From Reclinomonas americana ATCC 50394 (lineage: Eukaryota), in NCBI GenBank assembly GCA_048213135.1, contig PS015021.1, forward strand, positions 45,759 to 83,893: a stretch of 38,135 nt of DNA. The letters run 5' to 3'. The notes beneath the pieces are model-generated. The model was given only the letters and a program-made list of their open reading frames with translations. It was not told where the DNA came from and did not search any database. Below are positions 25,801-36,126 of this stretch, piece by piece. Each line of letters starts with the position of its first letter. The first letter of the stretch is position 1. The position numbers and the translations under genes are program-made.

Positions 25801-26138
25801 CATTTGGTGGGAATGGGGACAAGCAGGATCTGGATGAGATTTTGGAGGCGTTCTTGAAGAAGCAGAAGGTTTGATAAGAAAGGGGAAAGGGCAGGAGGCG
25901 GGGAAAGGGTTGTTCGTTCTTCGTTTTGTTCTGTTCATGCACTGCGAGAGACGCAGTTGTGTTATGAGCGATCACTTCCTCTCTTTGCTCGTCGCTTCAC
26001 TCCATATTCTGTCACTTGTCTCTTTCTCATCAGCTGTGCGCTCTACAGTTGGAGAAGGCGCAGCGAAAGCAGCGTGAGCGACTGGGGATGCGGGAGTCGT
26101 CGGCGCTGGAGACGGAAACGCGATGGGTGGACATGTAA
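19511..26138 (+). CDS. CSPP1: CSPP1-like centrosome/spindle-pole/ciliary microtubule protein (CCDC66-type helices)
   Basis: 19 exons: 19511-19556, 19898-20284, 21051-21464, 21539-21600, 21672-21703, 21777-21814, 21877-22064, 22132-22335, 22407-22554, 22628-22698, 22771-22872, 22934-23426, 23488-24009, 24087-24768, 25298-25366, 25434-25488, 25556-25634, 25708-25868 and 26049-26138 (TAA; alternatively a TGA stop at 25872-25874). YKSELEQQIREKEERKKREKEE...YNPWGKPGAGAPIRGADGNAVTNL matches the CSPP1 YNPWGKGGGGAPLRD motif. Also LRQQVEEKKR, SLAGDSRF and a C-terminal RPPSAATVESL..ESLYSRNDKKLRSL. Confidence 0.85.
20430..20800. repeat. Intronic tandem repeat, ~150-160-bp unit, about 2.5 copies
   Basis: AGCTGCTGAAT begins at 20432, 20583 and 20742. 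ATTTCATGTGCCATTCRTGGCGTGCGATT, CCCTTTGCTTCTCCCTCAC and CACATTCCTGGCCC each occur twice. Confidence 0.9.
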
Positions 26139-26877
26139 TGAGGGCGAACCATAGTTAACTATAGTGTTGTTTTGTGCAGTGAAGACAATGTGGTATGTTG
26201 TGCATCGAGAGAGGGAGAGGGTGCCACCGGAAGGGATTTCGGAGCCACCTTGACGGCATACCAATGATCAAGGGTACTATTTCAGTGGAAGGAAGGGAGA
26301 GAGTCGAGAGTGTGGCGTAGCGAGAATAGTCGAGGGTGAACACAGTCTCACGGGAGGTTGCAGGGTCTACGAGACAACGGTGATTGGCTAAGGGTGAAGA
26401 ATTCACGCACAAGTCCAAGAGAGCAGGGTGGGGAGACGGGTTGAGCATGCGTGAGTGGAAATGGGCAAGGGTGTGAGAGTGAAGTGTTGAGGGCAAACGA
26501 GAAGAAGGGTCGGAGGACTCGGAGGATAACGGCGAAGGGTCAAGTGTTTGAGTGGACAGAATCGCAATAGTCGAGGAGGTGGGGTAGGGAAAAATTGCTG
26601 GGGTGAAGTGTTGGGTGACGAGTTGAGCGCAAGGGGCAATGATCAAGGGTCTGCGCACGAGAGTGAAGAAGAGTTCACGTGCAAGTGCACGAGAACAAGG
26701 GTTCAAGGTCAACTGCAAGTGTGTTTGGGTGCAAGCAACAAGACTCGAGGGTCAAGTGTAGACAGCAGAGGGCTATTATGATGGAAAGGCGCCAAAAAAC
26801 CATGCAATCAATACCAATATCGCCATGCATTGCATTGCGAAGTTCAGTCCTCCTCTCTGTCCCTTTCTTTGTTTTGC

Positions 26878-26912
<35 letters not shown>

Positions 26913-26924
26913 CTTGTGTGTAAG

Positions 26925-29130
26925 ATGGGAGGCTGTGTGACAGGCCCCTTCCGCCTGTTGCCCTGTGTGCTGGCCACTGCCTATCTCAGTGTGGTCGCCT
27001 TTGCCTCTCTCTGCTCACTCGCCTATCATCAAATCTACGCTCGTCCACCACCGTTACGTGAGAGAGAGAGAGAGAAAGAGAGAGAGAGAAGTGAGAGAGA
27101 CTGACTGACTTGACTTCTCTCTCTCACAGAGGATTGCTGGTGTCTCGCACCACTCGTGCGATCTTTTGGGTGTTGCAGGCGATGCGATTGTTGCTGGTTG
27201 TGTATGCTGTTGGTGAGTGCAGTGAGAGTGATTGATTGACTGAGAGAATGAGAGACTGAGAGAGATTCGCAGTGATCGGAAGATCTTGCATCTTTGTCTC
27301 TCGACTTCCCCTCTCTTGTCTTCCTACTTGTGCTTGTTATTGTTCTTCTTCTCGTTCCCTTGCTCACTCCTTCTCTCTTCTCCTCGTCTTCTCTCTTTGT
27401 CTTCTTCCCCTTGTTCTTCCCTCCTCTTTCTTCTTCTTGTTCTTCTTGTTCTTCTTCTTCCTCCTCTTCTTTTTCTTCTTCTTCTTCCTTCTTCTTCTTC
27501 TTCTTCTTCTTCTTGTTCTTGTTCTTCTTCTTCCTCTTCTTCTTCTTGTTCTTCTTCTTGCTCTTCTTGTTCTTCTTCTTGCTCTTCTTCTTCATGTTCA
27601 TGTTCATGTTCATGTTCTTGTTCTTGTTCTTGTTCTTGATCTTGTTCTTCTTCAGCAAGTCACTCACTCAGTCTCTTTTCACCTTCCTTGACCATCGCTT
27701 TGTCATGCACTCGCATACTTCCATCACCGTTGCCCCCTTTTCCCTTACCCGTTTCTTCCCTTCTCAGTGGCCATCATCGCATTCGTCACGGAGACGCACA
27801 TTGCACGCGCGTTCACTGGCGTGGCGCATGTGATCGGCACCTGCGTCCTCGCCCTCGTGTGCTTGTACTGGGTGTACGTGGTGACACTCGTCAGTCGCTC
27901 GTATCAGCGGCGACGAGACCTTTCGCTGCGGATCAGCGCCGTGTCGCTGGGGATTGGAGTGGCGGTGTCGGTGGTGGCCGCCGGCACGAGCTTGACCGCG
28001 GCCATGTACGATTGCTTTGACTTTTTTGTGGTGCGTCGTGGGTTGAGAAGAGATGAGAAGATTACAAGGAATGGGGAGAATTTACATGTCTATGCTTCGT
28101 CTTCCCTTTCTTTCCCTCCCTCGCTCCTCTCTTCCTGCCTGCTCATTTCGTTCACTGCTTTTCTCTGCCTTCCTAGGTCACGGCCAGTCTGTCGTGCAGC
28201 CTTTCTCCCATTTTCTATGTGTCTCCCCCACACACACTCCTTCTCTCTCTCCGTCTCACTGTCTCACTCTGCCCACGTTCCCTTTGTGTGCCCTCCTCTG
28301 TGTGTGCGTGCCTCTCTGTTACTGCCAGTCTCTCCGTCAGACCTCACTTGTCTTCCTCCTTCTCCTCCTCCCCCCCCCCCCCTTCTCCTCCACCTCCTTC
28401 CTCCTCGCCCATTGCCGCCGATGTCTTTCCCTTCCCGCAGACCTCCCCACCCGAACCCTGCTTCGATATCCTCGTCGTGTACCTGGTCATGCTGTCGATC
28501 CTGGTCACGGCGCTGGCAGTGCCGATTGGTTCGTTTGCACCCGTCTTCGCGTATTCCGTTCTCCCCCCTCACCGTCGCACACAGTCACTGCCGCAATCTA
28601 CCTCTTCCGCGCGCGCAACCTCGTCAAGCACCTAAACTCGACGCACTCGGCGAACGAGGCCAATCGTGCGCTGATGAAGACGGTCATCATGGCGTCGTCG
28701 TTTTTCATCACCAACACGCTGTATGTCATCAACCTCGGCGCTGTCACTGGCGGCCGACCGTGGGCGTTTCAGGACCCGCTGGTGAGAGAGAGAACGTCTC
28801 TCGCCCTCGTGGTAGTGGCCGCCACTCATCTTTTTCCTCCCACAGGGCATCTCCATGGTCACTAGCCAGTTCATCTCGATGGCCATGGTCCTCATTTTCA
28901 TGCACGGCAAGCCCCTGCGCAAGCGACAGACATCCTCGGAGGACACGCTGTCGGTGCAGCTGCTGCGCATTCAGTGCGACTCTGGCACCGAGATGGCCAC
29001 CCAAGACACGCTGACATCTGTTGCTTCTCGCGAGGCCCTCCTCCTGCCACCGGCTCCAGGGGCGTCGTTCTCAAGTGGCGGCACGGGAGCGTCAGCAGCA
29101 TCGTTTGCTTCGACCAAGCCGCCGTCATAG
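26925..29130 (+). CDS. Seven-transmembrane (GPCR-like) protein of unknown family
   Basis: Exons 26925-27052, 27130-27212, 27768-28030, 28441-28528, 28585-28781 and 28846-29130 (TAG). Seven hydrophobic segments: LLPCVLATAYLSVVAFASLCSLAY, AIFWVLQAMRLLLVVYAVVAIIAFV, FTGVAHVIGTCVLALVCLYWVYVVTLV, ISAVSLGIGVAVSVVAAGTSLTAAM, ILVVYLVMLSILVTALAVPIVTAAIYLF, TVIMASSFFITNTLYVINLGAV and LGISMVTSQFISMAMVLIFM. There are basic inner loops, a Cys pair between TM4 and TM5, and a Ser/Thr-rich tail. Confidence 0.78.
27428..27652. repeat. (CTT)n/(CTTGTT)n/(CATGTT)n compound microsatellite in intron 2 of the 7-TM gene
   Basis: Visible tri- and hexanucleotide arrays; they generate the spurious poly-K/E and poly-F/S/L ORFs. 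Confidence 0.95.
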
Positions 29131-29414
29131 CGACGGTTCGACGACATTTCATGTATACTACTAAGCACCACCAATGTAATATTGTTCTTGTCATAGCACG
29201 AAGGAAGGTCCAGAGAGCATCGCCAGCCGACAAGGCAAAATGGCGAAACACACACATAGATCTCAGATTTTCCGCGACATATGCACATACACACAAAAAG
29301 AGAGAGAGAGAGGCACAACAGACAGAGCACAAAATTTCCAACTCGCACATCTAAAAAACCCCAACACAAAGAACTACCAAGCACGAGGAAAGAGAAAACA
29401 GCGGCGGTGTTGGA

Positions 29415-30503
29415 TCATCGCGACTGCGTCGGCGAGAGCTGTGGATTAGTGTATGCCGTCGTGGATTGACGCATGTGGCGAAGAACAGTTCCCATCAGGC
29501 CGGGTTCCTCGCGCTGTCGGTTAGAGAGCGGTGGAATAAACATGTCCATCTGGTCGGGCGTTCGTGAGACTTCGATCGGATGCACATAGACACCCCAACT
29601 GCAGTACGAAACAGTGAGTGGCATCGTGCAGTCAGCCGACACCTCCGTGACCCTGGATGCCAGCAAGCCGCCCTGCAAGTGCACAGCGCATGAGAAAATG
29701 CAAGACTCGCAGGGAGTGCAATCTCCGCACCTCCTCTCCCTCGTCGTCATCATCATCAGCATCGTCGTCGCCAAAGAGATCCTCGTCAACGCGCGCGCGC
29801 CGCTCATCCACATCCTCGTTCGGACCCAGCGAGCCGCCGGGGAAGAAGAGTGGCGAGAAGGGCATTGACAACGCCTCAAACGACGACATGAGCGGTGGTG
29901 GAGCAGGAGCCTGTGCGCGGTTCACCCCTGCCCCCGCGACGTGGTCACCCGACACGGGAGACAGACCATCGCCGAGCAGTTCGGACGAGTTGAGCAGGTC
30001 GTGTGTGATAATGGTGTTCGCGGCAATCTTGCCGGCCTGGTGCAGCGGAGCATATGGCGCGCTGTCACCGCCCACATCGTCCACCATGTCCGACATGAGC
30101 AAGCACGGGGCGGTCATGGAGCCGGCGGAGGATGGCGCAGCTGCGGCGTCGATCATCGAGGAAGGCGGTGGTGACTGTTGAGATTGGCAAAGGAGGAGAA
30201 GAGGCACAACAGAACGCAATCGACAAGACAAGAAGGAGGAGCATGAATTATTGGAGAAATGAGTACTGGATGGAGAAGACCGAAAGACAGGGGACAGCAA
30301 AACGCAACCACGCCATCCACCACAAGCATCGGGGCAACCAGCGGCGACATTGACTGCTTCGGCTCCTCCTGCTCCACCACCAGTGCGGTCGGGGTATCAC
30401 GGTGCGGTCTGGGGGTGAGCGATCGGCGCTCAGAGTTTCCACTAGCAGCGACAGCGGCGGCTGCAAAACAAAATGCATTGAGATCAAACAAGCAAGTCTT
30501 TTG

Positions 30504-30549
<46 letters not shown>

Positions 30550-31273
30550 ACGTCGTACGTACGTACGTACGTACGTACGTCGTACGTCGTACGTCGTCCG
30601 TTCCGTCCGTTCCGTTCCTTCCGTCTCNNNNNNNNNNNNNNNNNNNNNNNNNNNNNNNNNNNNNNNNNNNNNNNNNNNNNNNNNNNNNNNNNNNNNNNNN
30701 NNNNNNNNNNNNNNNNNNNNNNNNNNNNNNNNNNNNNNNNNNNNNNNNNNNNNNNNNNNNNNNNNNNNNNNNNNNNNNNNNNNNNNNNNNNNNNNNNNNN
30801 NNNNNNNNNNNNNNNNNNNNNNNNNNNNNNNNNNNNNNNNNNNNNNNNNNNNNNNNNNNNNNNNNNNNNNNNNNNNNNNNNNNNNNNNNNNNNNNNNNNN
30901 NNNNNNNNNNNNNNNNNNNNNNNNNNNNNNNNNNNNNNNNNNNNNNNNNNNNNNNNNNNNNNNNNNNNNNNNNNNNNNNNNNNNNNNNNNNNNNNNNNNN
31001 NNNNNNNNNNNNNNNNNNNNNNNNNNNNNNNNNNNNNNNNNNNNNNNNNNNNNNNNNNNNNNNNNNNNNNNNNNNNNNNNNNNNNNNNNNNNNNNNNNNN
31101 NNNNNNNNNNNNNNNNNNNNNNNNNNNNNNNNNNNNNNNNNNNNNNNNNNNNNNNNNNNNNNNNNNNNNNNNNNNNNNNNNCGACGTACGTACGTACGTA
31201 CGTACGACGACGACGACGCGGCGGCGTACGAACAAACAAACTAACGACTACGTAGTAGATAACAACACGACTA

Positions 31274-31333
<60 letters not shown>

Positions 31334-33840
31334 CCACACTCAATCACTCACTGTCACTGAATGTATCAGAGCATGGTGTCTCATTGACATTGAGTGCGCG
31401 TGCAGCTCAACGACTGTCCCTCCCTCCCTCTCTCTTTCTCTGTCACAAACCATTCACAGCCGACAGCAGCCCGGGCACCGACGTCACAATATCCATGACC
31501 CGCTCAAACTTGCGCGACAACGCCTCCTGCGATGCCTCCATCCACGCCAGCTTCAGCATAATGGCCTGCTGCTGCGCCTCCATGGAAGTAATGAGGCGAG
31601 CCAGCTGGCGCGACGACACATCCGTGTAGCGCGGTGAGTAGGTCGCCGCAGCCGGCGACGACAGTGCCGCCGCCACGGCGTGTGCAATCCGCAGAGAGCT
31701 GTTCAGGCCACGTACTCCATCGCGCGGCGTGCTGTCCGACGAGCGGGTGGAGCGTGCGAGTGGCTGTCGGCCCGGGGATGACAAGTTGGACAAGACGCTG
31801 GCGTTGCCCGAGATGTTGACTGCCATGAGGGAGAAGGGGGAAGGGGGAAGGGGGAAGGGGGAAGGGGGAAGGGGGAAGGGAAAGGGGTGGGATGAGTGAG
31901 AGAAGGGCAAAGAGAAGAGTGAATAGAAGGACGAGAAGGAAGTGAAGGGTAGAGTGAGAGGAAGCGTAAGAAAAGTGAAGGGGACGAGCGGAAATAGAAA
32001 GGAGAGAGGGGTTACAGAGAAGGGCGTAAAGAATGGGGAAGAGAAGGTGAAGAGCAGAGGAGACAGGAGAAACGGAGACGAGGAGCAGGAGAGAATTCAG
32101 AGAAGAGAAGGGGACAAAAGGCGGAGCGAAAGAATGAAAATGGAGAAAAGAGATGATAGGACGAGGGGAGAACGGCGACGCATATGAAGGACACGAGGCG
32201 AGGAGAGGGAAAGGCACAGAGATGATAGGCATGCACGAGCACAGAGATGAGGAAAGAAATCAACGAACAAACAACAGAAAGACCACCGATGCAGAGTGAG
32301 TTGAAGGACAACGATCACAGTCATAGCAGCGTCAGAATGAAAAACAACAAGCGGACAAAGAAGATCGAATGACAAGCAGGAAGCAACAACAAAGGCAGAC
32401 AAGATGAGAGGACGAACGGGCAGTGAAGCAGTACCTTGGTTGGACAGCTCCTGCTCGATATCATCCATCAGCTCCTGTGTTGAGTGAGTGAGCATTCGTA
32501 CTGCTACATATGATATCTATTCCCTGCTCCCATAACGCAACATCCAGCGCGCGATTGTGCGAATCACTGCGCGGCACTTGCCGTTGTTGCTGCTGCTGCT
32601 GCTCGTGCAGTGCATGCAGCGGCAACGAGAGTGCCGGTCGCGAGACCGCCGCCGACATGATCACCGAATCCTCGTCCACAGTCACCTCCTCCTCCACGTA
32701 CAGTACCTCCACGTCCTCGTCGCCCTCCTGCGCGCCGTCCTCGCGCACCTCAATTACCTCCACGTTCGAATCATTCAGCGAGGCCGGCGGCACCGTCGTT
32801 GGCACACTCGGGCGTCGCATCGTACGGCCATTGTTGCTGTTGCTGCTGTTGTTGTTGTTGACGGGAGTGGGGCGCGGAGGGCGGCCGAGTGGATTGATCT
32901 TGCCGGTGCCAGCTGCAACGAGGAATGAGGGGAAAGGGGAGAGTGAGGGAAAATGGAACTCGCTCGAGCACAAGGTAAGCACAAACCCTTGACCAACGGC
33001 GCCCGGGCATTGGTGGTGCTCATCACCACCACCTCCACTGGCGAGGAGGCGCTCAGCTCGTCGCTGTCGCCACTCGAATTGTGGCGCTCGTCGTCGGTGA
33101 GGGTGACATCGTCGTCGAAATCGTCCTCCTCTGACGACGACTCCTCACGCTCGGCCGTCGCCGTCTTGCGCCACGAACTGGCGCCGGCAAAGTACGCACG
33201 CACCTCCTCTGAATCCGCGCGCAGCAGCTCGGCCGGGCGGCGACCGTCGCGCGAGAGCAACGATCGCTGGGGTGGCGGAGACGAGGCGGCCTCGGGCGTA
33301 TCGAGGTACGACGGCTGGTCGAGCAGCGGCACCGGCGATGAGGTGGGCGACTGTGCCGTGGCTGAGGCCGGGGAGGCGGCGGAGGATATGGCGGGGGATG
33401 TGGGACTCTTGATGGAGGGCGTGGTGGAGCCGTAGAGCTGCGAGGAGAAGGTGAGGAGAGCACATGCAAACGCCGGTGGTGAAGAAACACACACGAGAGA
33501 CTGCACAGGAACAGAGCGCAAGAGATACACAGAGAGGACGGCTGATGCAAAGAGACACTGCTGACTGCAAAGAAATAACGATGACAATACGACGCTCAGT
33601 TAAGAGTCAAGGAAGCACACGAAAGTGAGTTGTAATGAGGGTGGAGGTCACACCAAAGACGAAATTTCACGAAAGAATGAGAAGACGAGAACGAGTACAG
33701 AGAACAAGATTGTGCACACTCGCTGCACACGACTCGAACTCAACAAACCACTCACAACGCACAGACAGGAAAGAGAGTGAGAGAAGACAAGAAGAAAGCG
33801 AACAGAAATGCAATGGAGTGCGTGACACTGCGCGATTCAC

Positions 33841-33881
<41 letters not shown>

Positions 33882-34180
33882 AAGAGAGGAAGAGCGAGTC
33901 TGCAACGGCTACTCGCACACTCAAAGCACACGACCCGAACTCAACAGACACCTCGCACAACGCACAGAGAGGAAACATGAGAAAATGAAAAAGTGAAGAC
34001 AAGAGAAGAAAACAGAGAATATGACTGAGTGCAATAGAGAGATAAAGAGGAAGAGTGCAACCGCTACTTGTACACTAGACACACAACACAACAAACCACT
34101 CACAACGCAGTGAGAGGCAACAAACAGAGAGAAGAGACAGAGAAAGCGAACAGAGAACATGCAATGCAGTGCATGAAAGC

Positions 34181-34221
<41 letters not shown>

Positions 34222-34611
34222 AGAGAGAGCGCACACACTATAGTGCACAACTAACGACGACACAACGACACCACGTACGAACGACGAGAGGNNNNNNNNN
34301 NNNNNNNNNNNNNNNNNNNNNNNNNNNNNNNNNNNNNNNNNNNNNNNNNNNNNNNNNNNNNNNNNNNNNNNNNNNNNNNNNNNNNNNNNNNNNNNNNNNN
34401 NNNNNNNNNNNNNNNNNNNNNNNNNNNNNNNNNNNNNNNNNNNNNNNNNNNNNNNNNNNNNNNNNNNNNNNNNNNNNNNNNNNNNNNNNNNNNNNNNNNN
34501 NNNNNNNNNNNNNNNNNNNNNNNNNNNNNNNNNNNNNNNNNNNNNNNNAGAAGAAGAACGAAGAAGAAGAAGAAGAAGAAGAAGAACGAACGAACGAGAC
34601 GAGAGAGAGAG

Positions 34612-34673
<62 letters not shown>

Positions 34674-35750
34674 AAGAGAGGAAGAGTGCGCACACTCATA
34701 GTGCACAACTCGAACTCAACAGACACCACGTACAACGCAGAGGCAATGGACTGTCACATAGAGAGAAGGAAAGCGAACACAGAACATGCAATTGAGTGCA
34801 TGACACTGCGCAAAGAGAGAGAGAGAGAGAGAGATTCTCCAAACAACACTCAGAAGACACAACACTGCGCAAGATTCGCAGAGAAAGAAAGAGACAAAGC
34901 AAAGAAGAGTGAGTCTGCAACGGCTACCCGCACACGCATTGCACTCAACAGACACAACGCACACACACACAGTGAGCGACAGACAATGAGAGAAGAAGAA
35001 AGAGTAAATGAGTGAGTGAGAGTCAGAGTGAGACACACACACACACACACACATAAAGTGCAACAGTCGTTGTGCAACACAAAAAAATCGCGCGCCAACG
35101 GTGCACGAATCGTCAAACAAAAATCTCACAACTTCTCTCACTCTCTCTCTCGCTCACACAGAGTCAGAGAGAGAGAGAAGAGGGCAAGTCACACTCGCAC
35201 GAAACACGAACAGCAACAAAACACGCGCACACACAAAAAACGCCCAGCTCATCTTCTCTCGTCACATGCCACAAAAACAAGTTGTTGTCTCTCTCACTCA
35301 CGCTCGCACTCACACTCACGCACGCACTCACACATAAGCAATGAAGTAGAGAGACACACACATACACACACACAAACACACAAAGAGTCACTCACACAAG
35401 AAAAGTCGCGCACAATCATGCATACGTTGGACAGGCGCGAAAATATCGAACACTCTCACTCTCTCGCTCTCTCTCAACACGCACTCATGCACACACAGCT
35501 CTCTCTCTCTATCTCTTTCTCTCTCCCTCTTTCACTCACACAATCACACAATCATTGCTCACACTCTTCACTTTGTCTCTCTTGTCTCTCTCTCTCTTCT
35601 CTCTCTTCTCACCAGTGAGAACCAGTCAGCCATGGCGACGGCCCAGTAGAGAGCCATCAGAGTGAGTGCGCCTGGCAGTGCGTAAAAGAGCAGCACAGGA
35701 CCGACAGTCTGCGACCACCACTCCCATGTTGACCACACGGCGTCCTCCAT
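29415..35750 (-). CDS. Hypothetical protein: N-terminal TM helix, long Ser/Pro/acidic low-complexity region, short coiled coil
   Basis: Phase-compatible exons 35750-35613, 33437-32987, 32912-32542, 32474-32435, 31819-31451, 30460-30309, 30174-29731 and ~29672-29415, with GC-rich codon-like composition. TM segment VLLFYALPGALTLMALYWAVAMA; coiled coil RQLARLITSMEAQQQAIMLKLAWMEASQEALSRKFERVMD. Two introns contain N-gaps that could hide exons or a gene boundary, and the last exon structure is uncertain. Confidence 0.6.
33700..34990. repeat. Degenerate ~200-bp intronic repeat units interrupted by (GA)n, about 5 partial copies
   Basis: Recurrent blocks CGAACTCAACA.AC, CACAACGCA, GAAAGCGAACA..GAA.ATGCAAT.GAGTGC.TGACACTGCGC and GAGTCTGCAACGGCTAC near 33735, 33900-33960, 34050-34180, 34710-34810 and 34910. 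Confidence 0.75.
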
Positions 35751-36126
35751 GCTCTTCAATGAGTGTGCGTAATGGAGTGAGAGGAGAGAGACGGAGAGAG
35801 TGAGGGTGGCGTGTGCTTCTCACGGCGGGGGTGGGTCGACAAGTGACGTGTCTTGTGGAAATTGTCACGCATTGTCTCGCGCTATTGCAAACAAGAGTCC
35901 GTGCAAAGTGCCTTCAAGCTGCACTGTTTACCCTGCACTGTTATGCAACAAATGTTGCAGTTCTATCGACTTTTTCGCGCGAGAGCAGAAAACGCCCACA
36001 AGATTCACGATAATCGCAGCGGTACAATGCACAACAGCAAAAGAGAGTCGTCAGAGGCTGCACTGGACGAACAAATGAACAAAGAAAAAGGTGGAAAAAA
36101 TGAAGAGGTGCAAAAAAATAAACACT

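Noticed and set aside
26139-26924. Short repeated words (ATGATCAAGGGT, GGGTCAAGTGT) and ORF 26155-26718 in the intergenic stretch
   Set aside because: The matches are short and scattered, the ORF has no recognisable motif, and no element ends are evident.
27035-27833. Long poly-K/E and poly-F/S/L ORFs on both strands
   Set aside because: They are translations of the intronic (CTT)n compound microsatellite.
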